From assembly GCA_963768165.1 (NCBI GenBank), contig CAVYHJ010000002.1:52011-116010 (forward strand): a stretch of DNA of 64,000 nucleotides, given 5' to 3'. This DNA is from an uncultured bacterium (GTDB lineage: Bacteria; UBP4; UBA4092). The translations under genes and the position numbers were made by a program. The notes under the pieces are model-generated. The model saw only the letters and a program-made list of their open reading frames with translations, had not been told where the DNA came from and searched no databases. Positions within the stretch are counted from its first letter, which is position 1. Each line of letters starts with the position of its first letter. Positions 30,564 to 39,360 of the stretch are shown one piece after another.

Positions 30564-30651
30564 AAAAGGCACAGATTTCATTTCTCGGCTCCATTATGTG
30601 CTAGGTTACAAGAAAACCATCGGCATGGGTATTGACTATATTGAGGAGTGT
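30564..30651 (+). pseudogene. Decayed copy of the tag 3' end
   Basis: Reads FLGSIMC* / TIGMGIDYIEEC versus tag FVGSTICY / AVGMVNDHTVEC, with a stop and frameshifts. Confidence 0.7.
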
Positions 30652-30875
30652 ACCTTACTATGGTTATAATGAAAGGAGGTGATGTACTTTTTTTTCCCAT
30701 TTCAAACCCAAAACCATAAACAAAACTTTCATTGGATAACCACAAGCCGGGGTTGTGTTAGCTGGTGACCATCCATCAAAATAGGCTGTTAAGTTGTGGA
30801 GTTATAACGAAATAAAAAATATATATTTTAACAAGGAGAAATAACCTTGAAGATGGGTTCAAGACATAATTTTTT

Positions 30876-31565
30876 ATGATTTGTTCAAAATGTACAACCA
30901 ATAATCTAGAGGACAGTGTCTTTTGTACGAAATGTGGAAATCAATTGAAAGACTCGCCAGAGTTGGTTACGCAATCAACTTTCAATATTGGGACTTCAAA
31001 ATTAATAAAGAAGAATCCAATATTAATAAAATATCTTGTAATTGCCGGATTTTTAATTCTTGGTGTTTTTGTTATTTATAATTTACTCTTTAAAAATCCA
31101 AGTTTAGACGCACAAGTACATACAGCTGGAAACTATAATTTTAATGCTTCCATATATAACAAAACATTATCTAATTTAAAAATTAGAAAAAATTTATCCA
31201 AAAGTCAGTTGATAATTACTTTTAATTTTGATTATAAAGAACCAAACAGAAATATGGGATGGCTTGGTCAAGCAAATCTCCCACGTTTGCTTTGTACAGG
31301 ATATTTTTTGATAAGATTATTTGATAAAAATGGGAATTACCTAACACATTTTACAACCGAACCATTCTATAAATTATTAGGTCTTAGAATGAAATTTAAA
31401 GATCCTCAAACCGTACTTTTAGAAAAATCTTATATTAAAAAACAAATAAAATTAGTTTATGATGTTAATTCTAGAGATTTAGAATTTGCACAAATTGCTG
31501 AGTTTGGTTTTTCTACTAACAAGGATTTATGGCTTGCGTACCTATATTGGGATTGGAATAATTAG
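30876..31565 (+). CDS. Zinc-ribbon membrane-anchored hypothetical protein
   Basis: CSKC...FCTKCG, one TM helix, very AT-rich. Confidence 0.75.
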   Translation: MICSKCTTNNLEDSVFCTKCGNQLKDSPELVTQSTFNIGTSKLIKKNPILIKYLVIAGFLILGVFVIYNLLFKNPSLDAQVHTAGNYNFNASIYNKTLSNLKIRKNLSKSQLIITFNFDYKEPNRNMGWLGQANLPRLLCTGYFLIRLFDKNGNYLTHFTTEPFYKLLGLRMKFKDPQTVLLEKSYIKKQIKLVYDVNSRDLEFAQIAEFGFSTNKDLWLAYLYWDWNN

Positions 31566-31873
31566 TTCTAGAACGATTCCATAATATTAATAATTAACAC
31601 GTTTAATCTGCCTGATACTCAGAATAAGATTTAAACTAATTCCAAAAGGACTTTATTAAGATTACAATCTCTAAAAAAGTTTTAAAACCTATTAAAATAT
31701 TCAACCAAACAGTTAGTGAACCCTTTGTACCTTTCTTGACCTTTTTTCGCATAGGAACCTTCCATTAATTTATTTCCGTTAAAGCTAAGAGAAAGTTCCT
31801 ACGTTAAAAGTTTATCAAAGAAGATTTTAAGAACTGGAATGAGGTTGTGTCAAGCAAAAGATAAAGGATTCTC

Positions 31874-32938
31874 TTAACCCCCCTTTTGAACAACTTTAAT
31901 ATAATTTTTTGCTTCTTTAAGATATTGAGTTACTTCTTGTTCAATATTTGAACGTAGTCTTTTTAAGGTATCAACCTCTTTGTATAGATATAGTTCAGCG
32001 TTCTTGTAATTATCCTTTTGGCTGATGATTTTGTTTAAGCGCTCTATTTCTTGTTTATTCCAATCGATAGTTAATCCTTTTTCAAAGAATTCTATCTCCT
32101 CATTTTCATTAAACATTTGAACATAAAATACTGAGCCAAAGATATTATCTTTATTGAAATATTTTATGAATTTGTCAAAAGGTAAATTTACGACAACATA
32201 AATTGTTGGTACTCCATCACCTTTCAACCATCCTAAAATATCAGCATCAACAGAAATACGTTTATTTTTATCTGATATATATATCCAAAAGTAATCTATC
32301 TCAAAGTCATAATCTATGTCTGCCCAACCTTCTTTACTATCGGTACTTGCCTTTAGGTTAGCATTTTCAAATGACTCCCATATTTCATTACTCATTAGAT
32401 CATAAAAGTTCCTTATAATCTTAGATATTATTTTAGACTCCTGAAAACCAGCAGGTTCTAATAATGGAAAATAATTAGCATTTAATTGATCTCTTATTTC
32501 CTGTTTCTTTTTAAAATTAGCATTCTGGCGTCTCGGTTCTAATATTTTTCTACAGTATTTATCGAGGTTGACTAAAAGAATACCAAATCCATGTTCTCTA
32601 CAATATTGTTCTTTTTCTTCACGGTCTAATTTAGATAGCCTTTCCCACTTATCAGATGGACAAAACAAATAAACATATTCGCCATAAGTTTGAAGGGAAT
32701 GTGCTTGTGATTTGCAATCGCCCCAAGGTTTACCCGATGCCGATAGTTTTCCTTCTGCGAGATGCACGTCACAAGAACCATCTGAATGATTCATAATAGC
32801 GGCGACATCAGGATACCTATAACCATCAGTGGTTTTCAATACTATATTGGGTTCAGTCTTTGTAAATGTTGCACCTTGTTCTTCAAAATATTTCACGATA
32901 CTTGGATAAAGATCTTTTTCAGTTAGATGCTTTGACAT
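31874..32938 (-). CDS. Putative PD-(D/E)XK nuclease (DUF2161/MmcB-like N-terminus) with unknown C-terminal domain
   Basis: TEKDLY, YPDVAA, HLAEGK, YVYL, GFGILLV; very AT-rich. Confidence 0.65.
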   Translation of the reverse strand: MSKHLTEKDLYPSIVKYFEEQGATFTKTEPNIVLKTTDGYRYPDVAAIMNHSDGSCDVHLAEGKLSASGKPWGDCKSQAHSLQTYGEYVYLFCPSDKWERLSKLDREEKEQYCREHGFGILLVNLDKYCRKILEPRRQNANFKKKQEIRDQLNANYFPLLEPAGFQESKIISKIIRNFYDLMSNEIWESFENANLKASTDSKEGWADIDYDFEIDYFWIYISDKNKRISVDADILGWLKGDGVPTIYVVVNLPFDKFIKYFNKDNIFGSVFYVQMFNENEEIEFFEKGLTIDWNKQEIERLNKIISQKDNYKNAELYLYKEVDTLKRLRSNIEQEVTQYLKEAKNYIKVVQKGG

Positions 32939-33040
32939 CCCATTTCTCCTTTAATACTCTATATTTGGAAATAACAATTCACCAGTGCACAAAAGTTACT
33001 CTTTTAACTTTAAACTTTAGACTCGAAACTCTAAACTTCC

Positions 33041-34339
33041 CTAATGCCCCGGCATTCCCGGTGCAGGAGTATTCGGATTCTTGGCTTTTAGTTCGGAATA
33101 TTGTTTCCAGGTCATCGGATGTTTTCCGTCATCCACGCGCTCCATCGTGATACACCCATCCACAGGACAAACCAGCATACATAGATTACAACCCACACAT
33201 TCTTTTTCATCCACATAAGGAACACGAGAGCCGTTGCCCTTGGGAAGATGAATACATTGATGTGCGCCATCCCAACACGCCACGTGACACAGGTCACACC
33301 CGATACATTTGTCTTTATTTATTTTGGCAATAACTTTATAATTCAAATCAAGATTACCCCAGATATCAATCCGTTTAACTGAATATCCCACCATGTCCTT
33401 GACCGACTTAAATTTCTTTTCATCCATATAATTGGATAACCCATCAATCAAATCTTCCACAATCCGATACCCGTAATGCATAACCGCCGTGCAAACTTGA
33501 ACATTGGAAGAACCCAATAAAATAAACTCTACTGCGTCCTGCCATGTAGAAATTCCGCCAATCCCGGAAATAGGAATCGTAATATCTTTTCGAGACGCAA
33601 TCGCGGACACCATGTTTAATGCAATAGGTTTAACTGCCGGTCCACAAAATCCGCCATGACTCGATTTCCCATTCACAATGGGTTTTGGCGCGAAGGTATC
33701 CAAATCCACCCCCATCACGCTATTAATCGTATTAATCAGAGAAATTCCATCCCCATGTCCCTCTTGCGCGGCTACTGCAAGATAAGTCACATCCGTTACA
33801 TTAGGCGTCAGTTTCACAAGCACAGGTGTACGCGCGACTTCTTTCACCCATTCCGTAATCCGTTTGGTATATTCCGGGACTTGCCCCACAGCCGCGCCCA
33901 TTCCCCGCTCCGACATTCCATGAGGACAACCGAAATTCAATTCCAATCCATCACATCCCGTGTCTTCGACTCGCTTAACCATATCATGCCACGTCTGCTG
34001 TTTCATTTCCACCATGAGAGAAACAACGACTGCATTATGAGGATATTGCTTCTTAACTTCTTTGATTTCCTTGAGATTTACCTCAATAGGTCTATCGGTA
34101 ATTAATTCAATATTATTCAATCCCATCAATCTCATAGTCCCCAAATCCACACCGCCCAAACGTGAACTCACATTAATAATGGGTTCACTGCCAAGCGTTT
34201 TCCACACCGCTCCGCCCCAACCTGCGTCAAAAGCTCGTTTGATTTGATCTCCTGAATTAGTCGGTGGCGCGCTCGCCAGCCAGAAAGGATTGGGTGATTT
34301 AATTCCTGCAATTTCACACTTTAAATTAGCCATATACAT
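33041..34339 (-). CDS. preA: NAD-dependent dihydropyrimidine dehydrogenase subunit PreA
   Basis: NPFWLASAPP, ELNFGCPHGM, KLTPN, two C-terminal 4Fe-4S motifs. Confidence 0.96.
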   Translation of the reverse strand: MYMANLKCEIAGIKSPNPFWLASAPPTNSGDQIKRAFDAGWGGAVWKTLGSEPIINVSSRLGGVDLGTMRLMGLNNIELITDRPIEVNLKEIKEVKKQYPHNAVVVSLMVEMKQQTWHDMVKRVEDTGCDGLELNFGCPHGMSERGMGAAVGQVPEYTKRITEWVKEVARTPVLVKLTPNVTDVTYLAVAAQEGHGDGISLINTINSVMGVDLDTFAPKPIVNGKSSHGGFCGPAVKPIALNMVSAIASRKDITIPISGIGGISTWQDAVEFILLGSSNVQVCTAVMHYGYRIVEDLIDGLSNYMDEKKFKSVKDMVGYSVKRIDIWGNLDLNYKVIAKINKDKCIGCDLCHVACWDGAHQCIHLPKGNGSRVPYVDEKECVGCNLCMLVCPVDGCITMERVDDGKHPMTWKQYSELKAKNPNTPAPGMPGH

Positions 34340-34362
34340 ATCCTCCTTGTTTATTAACTTTT

Positions 34363-35718
34363 CTATTTCTTAATAGTACTCAAATACTGATGAATCCCTC
34401 TCGCCGCCTGTTTCCCATCCCAAACTGCGTTCACAACTTCTTTCCCGCCGTTCACGCAATCTCCGCCTGCAAATACTTTGGGATTTCCAGTTTGAAAGGT
34501 CTTTGGATCAATCTGCACCCGTCCTTTTGCATCCGTCTTTACGCCAGAAATCTTTGAAATGAAATCCACATATTTCTTCTGTCCCAGCGCTTTAATAATC
34601 ATGTCCACTTCCAAAACAAATTCCGACCCCTTGACAGGCTCCGGTGAACGTCGTCCGGAAGCATCCGGTTTCCCTAATTGCATTTTTATACATTTTAAAC
34701 CCGTGACTTTTCCTTTTCCAACAACACCAACTGGCGCAGTCAACCATAACGTAATCACTTCATCTTTTTTGGCAATTTCATATTCATAATGATACGCCCG
34801 CATCTCTTTTTGCGACCGGCGATACACCATATAAACTTCCTGGGCACCCAACCGTTTTGCTTGAGTCACCACATCAATGGCAGTATTCCCCCCACCAATG
34901 ACCGCTACTTTTTTCCCTATAGGTATGTCCTTAAAATTTTCGGTTTTCAATTCATGAATCCAAGAAATCGCGTCCCACACTCCGGGGGTGTCTTCTCCGG
35001 GTATTTCCAATTTCTCCGTTTGTCCCAACCCAATCCCTATAAAGACAGCATCGTTTTCTTTCAACAATTCCTCCACGCTTTTGTCTTTTCCAATAGTACA
35101 ATTCTGCACAAACCTGACACCCAAACTCTTGACGAGTTCCATTTCCTTTAATGCATCTTCTATCTTCATCTTGTATCGCGCGATACCGAAAGTATTCAAT
35201 CCTCCGGGTTTAGGGTTTTTGTCATAAATGGTTACTTGATACCCCAACTGCGCTGCCTCCGCCGCACAGGATAATCCGGAAGGTCCGGAACCGACGATGG
35301 CAATCTTTTTCCCGTTCGATTTGCCAGCGTTGAATAATGTGGTGTGAATTCCCTTGGCAAATACATAATCCGTAGAATGCCGTTGTAACAAGGCAATGGA
35401 AATCGGACGTTCCTTTTTCTCGTTATACACGCACGCCCCTTCGCACAACACTTCCACCGGACACACCCGCGCACAGCTATAACCTAAAATATTTGATTCC
35501 AAAATGACTCGTGCCGACCCACGCAAATTCTTGGTGGCGATTTTCTTGATAAATGATGCCACGTCAATATGCGTCGGACAGGCTTTAGTACAAGGCGCGT
35601 CATAACAAAATAAACACCGGGCTGCTTCATCCCGTGCGGCGTCTTCCGTGAGTGGGGGATTAATATCTGCAAAATTTTGCGCGTATTGTTCATCAGTTAA
35701 TTTAGATGATAGTGCCAT
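34363..35718 (-). CDS. preT: Dihydropyrimidine dehydrogenase subunit PreT (GltD-like)
   Basis: RCLFCYDAPC..ACP, GSGPSG, GGGNTA, FAGGD; upstream of preA. Confidence 0.92.
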   Translation of the reverse strand: MALSSKLTDEQYAQNFADINPPLTEDAARDEAARCLFCYDAPCTKACPTHIDVASFIKKIATKNLRGSARVILESNILGYSCARVCPVEVLCEGACVYNEKKERPISIALLQRHSTDYVFAKGIHTTLFNAGKSNGKKIAIVGSGPSGLSCAAEAAQLGYQVTIYDKNPKPGGLNTFGIARYKMKIEDALKEMELVKSLGVRFVQNCTIGKDKSVEELLKENDAVFIGIGLGQTEKLEIPGEDTPGVWDAISWIHELKTENFKDIPIGKKVAVIGGGNTAIDVVTQAKRLGAQEVYMVYRRSQKEMRAYHYEYEIAKKDEVITLWLTAPVGVVGKGKVTGLKCIKMQLGKPDASGRRSPEPVKGSEFVLEVDMIIKALGQKKYVDFISKISGVKTDAKGRVQIDPKTFQTGNPKVFAGGDCVNGGKEVVNAVWDGKQAARGIHQYLSTIKK

Positions 35719-35889
35719 ATTCTTTCTCCCTTGTTTTATATCTATTCTCTACCTCATTTTGATGAATCTTGAATCATACAACAAATTGGCGATTTTTGCG
35801 ATAAAAAAATTGACAAAAGACCGTCTTTCGTATCATAATACGCTAATCAGTAAAGTTTTACAATATTCCAATTAAAGGAGATCGAAATT

Positions 35890-37275
35890 ATGCGGTTCGA
35901 TACAGTGATTAAAAATGGTACGGTCTATACTGCCGTGGATACCTATCAAGCGGATATTGGGATTCGCGGGGAACAAATAGCAGCCATTGGCAAAAATTTG
36001 GAGCCGGATGGCGCTAAAGTTATTAATGCTAAAGGAAAAATGGTTATACCCGGCGGGATTGATGTTCATGTCCATTTACAATTACCTTTCTGTGGGACAG
36101 TCTCTGCCGATGATTTTTATACGGGGACCAAAGCGGCCGCTTGCGGTGGAGTAACCACGGTCATTGATTTTGCCGGCCAGATTAAGGACAAGGGATTGAT
36201 GGCAGGAATCAAAGCCCGCATGGCGGAAGCGGAGCCCAAAGTCTGCGTGGATTATTCCTTGCATGGAATGGTGACCGGATACACCGATGCCATCGGCAAA
36301 GAATATGAAAAATGCGTGGAATTCGGTGTTCCCACTTTTAAGATGTTTATGATTTATCGTGCTGAAGGTTGGCAGTCGGATGATGCCCAATTATTTTCTT
36401 CGCTAATCGCCGCCAAGCAAGCCAACGCAATGATTTTGGTACATGCCGAATCCGAAGCCGTGATGAATATCCTGATTGCCAAATATTTACAGGAAAAAAG
36501 CAAATGGGGCGCCTATGGACATGTCCTCTCCCGACCTAATTTTATTGAAGAGGAAGCTATTCAACGGATGATGAAATGGACGGAAGTCACCCAAGGCCGC
36601 GCCTATATCGTGCACATGTCCACTGCTGAAGGGGCGGACTTGATTAAACTGGGTCATGAAAAAGGAATCCATATTAATGCCGAAACCTGTCCCCAATATC
36701 TCGTTTTGCATGACGAGGTATTCAAAGACCGCAAGACCGGACATCTTTACGCTACCTGCCCTCAAATCAAAAAGAAAAAAGATTGTGATCGCATGTGGAA
36801 AGCCTTGATTGACGGCGAAGTCAAAATCGTCTCTACTGATACCTGCACCTTCACCACCAAACAAAAAGCCATGTGGAAAGGTGATTTCACTCGCATTCCC
36901 TTTGGTTTACCCGGTGTCGAAACTCTCATGCCGAGCGTTTATACATTTGGCGTCCGCGAAGGCAAGTTCTCCATGAACCATTTCATCTCTTTGCTCTCGA
37001 CCAATCCCGCTAAGATGATGGGGATGTTCCCTAAAAAAGGAACCATTGCGATCGGGTCCGATGCCGATATCACCATTATTGACCCCAACCGCAAAAAGAA
37101 GATTGATTATCACAAACTCGCTACCAATTGCGACTGGTCTCCCTTTCAGGGTATGACCATGTATGGTTTCCCGGATATTACCTTAAGCCGTGGCACAATC
37201 GTCGTCAACGACGGTAAATTCGTTGGTAAAAAAGGACATGGCAAATTTGTCAAACGAAAATTGGAAAAGATTTAG
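35890..37275 (+). CDS. hydA: Dihydropyrimidinase
   Basis: PGGIDVHVH, FKMFM, VHAE, VHMS, AETCPQY; divergent from preTA. Confidence 0.92.
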   Translation: MRFDTVIKNGTVYTAVDTYQADIGIRGEQIAAIGKNLEPDGAKVINAKGKMVIPGGIDVHVHLQLPFCGTVSADDFYTGTKAAACGGVTTVIDFAGQIKDKGLMAGIKARMAEAEPKVCVDYSLHGMVTGYTDAIGKEYEKCVEFGVPTFKMFMIYRAEGWQSDDAQLFSSLIAAKQANAMILVHAESEAVMNILIAKYLQEKSKWGAYGHVLSRPNFIEEEAIQRMMKWTEVTQGRAYIVHMSTAEGADLIKLGHEKGIHINAETCPQYLVLHDEVFKDRKTGHLYATCPQIKKKKDCDRMWKALIDGEVKIVSTDTCTFTTKQKAMWKGDFTRIPFGLPGVETLMPSVYTFGVREGKFSMNHFISLLSTNPAKMMGMFPKKGTIAIGSDADITIIDPNRKKKIDYHKLATNCDWSPFQGMTMYGFPDITLSRGTIVVNDGKFVGKKGHGKFVKRKLEKI

Positions 37276-37298
37276 CTGAAAAACGCTAAGAGATTTAT

Positions 37299-37897
37299 GT
37301 GAAACCGGGCAAGAAATATATCTATTTGATTTCAGGAATAGTTTTATTTCTTGCCCTATTTATTATACTTGTCTTACATTTCTATTACCGCCCTTCTCCC
37401 ATAAAATTTGATAAGCCTCAAAAATATTCCATGTCCCAGGATGAATTGGCGGAATATAATAAGTTGGAAAAACTTATGACAAATGATTCCACCAGATATT
37501 GTGAAGCGGATTTTGATGGGAATGGGACTTTAGACCGCGCTTATATAGATGGATGGAAAACAATAACCCTTTTTATTTTGGAACTCCTAATGTAAAAAAA
37601 GTTGAAGAAGAGTATGAGGGATCATCAGGATTCAATTGTATAGCCTGTGCCGATATGGATCGAGATGGGAAAATTGATTTAATTGTAGGAGATTTTGGAG
37701 ATGAGCGCATAGATATTTTATACAATAATGGCAAAGGAAAATTTAGTTTCGGACCGAATATAGAAGTAGAACATGTAGATGTTCGAAATAGTATAGTAAT
37801 GGTCAAAGATGTAAATCATGATAATTGGCAGGATATTATCTATAAAGGAGATGACGGAAACTACTATTTGACTTTAAATCAGGGCTTGCGAAAATAG
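37299..37897 (+). pseudogene. FG-GAP/VCBS-repeat membrane-anchored protein split by a frameshift (ORFs 37299..37595 and 37553..37897)
   Basis: ADFDGNGTLD, ADMDRDGKIDL and DVNHDNWQDI repeats lie in two overlapping frames; one extra T in the T5 run near 37570 joins them. Confidence 0.7.
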
Positions 37898-37952
37898 TTT
37901 TAATAAAATATAAGCTAATGAAAAGATTGCACGTAGGAATTCTTTGACACGT

Positions 37953-39155
37953 GAGACCTCTGAAAAAGTATTGTTTTTGTTTTACAAGAGTGATAAATAA
38001 AAAAAGAGAAGGTTGAGGAGGAGGAAAGAAGCGGTTGGGAGAGTCCAACGACCTTTGGAGGAGTCTCCAAAGAGGAGAATACACTGGTATTCTTGTCCTT
38101 TTCGGATTAAGGAGACACAACTCCCCTGCGTTTGACCATCCGGACCAGATTCTCGGCCATGACCGCCATCTCCAAGAATTGTTTCACTCGTTGTAATCCG
38201 CTGACCGTCATCTTGCGTACCCCGCGCCAGAGTTTGAGACACCCGAAATACGATTCAATCAGATACCTTTTCTTCTTTTTCCAGCGCTCATTATGTCGTA
38301 CATCTTCAGGTTTCTGGACTCGGGCATGGCGCTGATTCCGTAAAATCCCATCCACGATCCCATGGCGTCCCAACCACTCCCGATTCCGTTTCGCATCAAA
38401 TCCCCGGTCCGCCAGCACGATCCCTTCCTCTCCGGTCAATACTTGCGGCAGTAAAAATACATCATGAATATTCGCAGGCACGACTAACGGTCGTCCCCCC
38501 AACGTCGTCTTGGGATCATAGCGTAAACACACATTATATCCATGCACGATCTTCAAGGGTCCTCGTTTCCCGGTTCCTGCTTCCGGTTCTAAGGGTTTCC
38601 CTTCTGGATCTGTGGCCTCTTTCTTATGATGACTTTCCACGAGGGTCGCATCCACAATCACCACACTCCCTTTCTTTAAGGACACCTTCTGCCGTCCTAA
38701 CTGTTCTTCAAACCAGCCCCACAACTCGTTCTCCACTCCCGCCTGGCGAATTCTCTCCCGAAACTTCACCAGCGTCGTATCATCCGGCACTTCCTCCCCA
38801 AAAGCAATCCCCACAAACTCCCGAAAGGACAACCGATCCGTAACCTCTTCAACTACCCGCACATCTGACAGATTATAAATCCTTTCCAACAACCATATCC
38901 GAAATAATACCTCCGGCGCATACCCCGGACGTCCCTGATCCTTCGAATACATTCCTTCCAACCGTTGATGCAGTCCCTTCCAATCCAGCATCCCTTTCAG
39001 TTTCTCCAAAAACTTCCCGGTCTTCGTATCCAACTCCATCCATCCTTGCAGTAAGTGTCCTTGTCCTTTTTCTTCCCCGATCATGTGTCTCTCCTTTTAG
39101 GTTTTCCTTCCCATACTCTCAATCCCAACAAAAGGTAGACTTTTTCAGAGGTCTC
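37953..39155 (-). mobile_element. IS5-family insertion sequence (1203 bp), 17-bp perfect IRs, ACGT target duplication
   Basis: GAGACCTCTGAAAAAGT ... ACTTTTTCAGAGGTCTC flanked by ACGT on both sides; higher GC than surroundings. Confidence 0.93.
38107..39084 (-). CDS. IS5-family DDE transposase
   Basis: GRPGY, LSD, PDDTTL..FR, IVDAT, LADRGFD, IESYFG..K. Confidence 0.93.
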   Translation of the reverse strand: MIGEEKGQGHLLQGWMELDTKTGKFLEKLKGMLDWKGLHQRLEGMYSKDQGRPGYAPEVLFRIWLLERIYNLSDVRVVEEVTDRLSFREFVGIAFGEEVPDDTTLVKFRERIRQAGVENELWGWFEEQLGRQKVSLKKGSVVIVDATLVESHHKKEATDPEGKPLEPEAGTGKRGPLKIVHGYNVCLRYDPKTTLGGRPLVVPANIHDVFLLPQVLTGEEGIVLADRGFDAKRNREWLGRHGIVDGILRNQRHARVQKPEDVRHNERWKKKKRYLIESYFGCLKLWRGVRKMTVSGLQRVKQFLEMAVMAENLVRMVKRRGVVSP

Positions 39156-39204
39156 ACGTGTCAAAGAATTATTTTCATATACCTGTTCAAAGTTTTCTAC
39201 AAAT

Positions 39205-39343
39205 GAGACCTCTGAAAAAGTCTTCATAGTGGCAAAAATAATTATTGACCAAACGGTCAATAATTCTAAAGGGTTGATTTTATTGGAGATAAAAATTGTG
39301 ACATTTGTCACTAATTTTTTATAACTACTTATTCAGAGGTTTC
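39205..39343. mobile_element. 139-bp MITE with the IS5 ends
   Basis: Left end GAGACCTCTGAAAAAGT, right end ACTTATTCAGAGGTTTC (2 mismatches), AAAT duplicated on both flanks. Confidence 0.82.
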
Positions 39344-39360
39344 AAATATATAAAGTTTTT

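Noticed and set aside
30670-30768. Perfect AAGGAGGTGA followed by a 28-codon ORF
   Set aside because: The ATG overlaps the SD with no spacing and the peptide has no recognisable features.
39081-39311. 76-aa ORF spanning the IS end and MITE
   Set aside because: Chance reading frame across two element ends.
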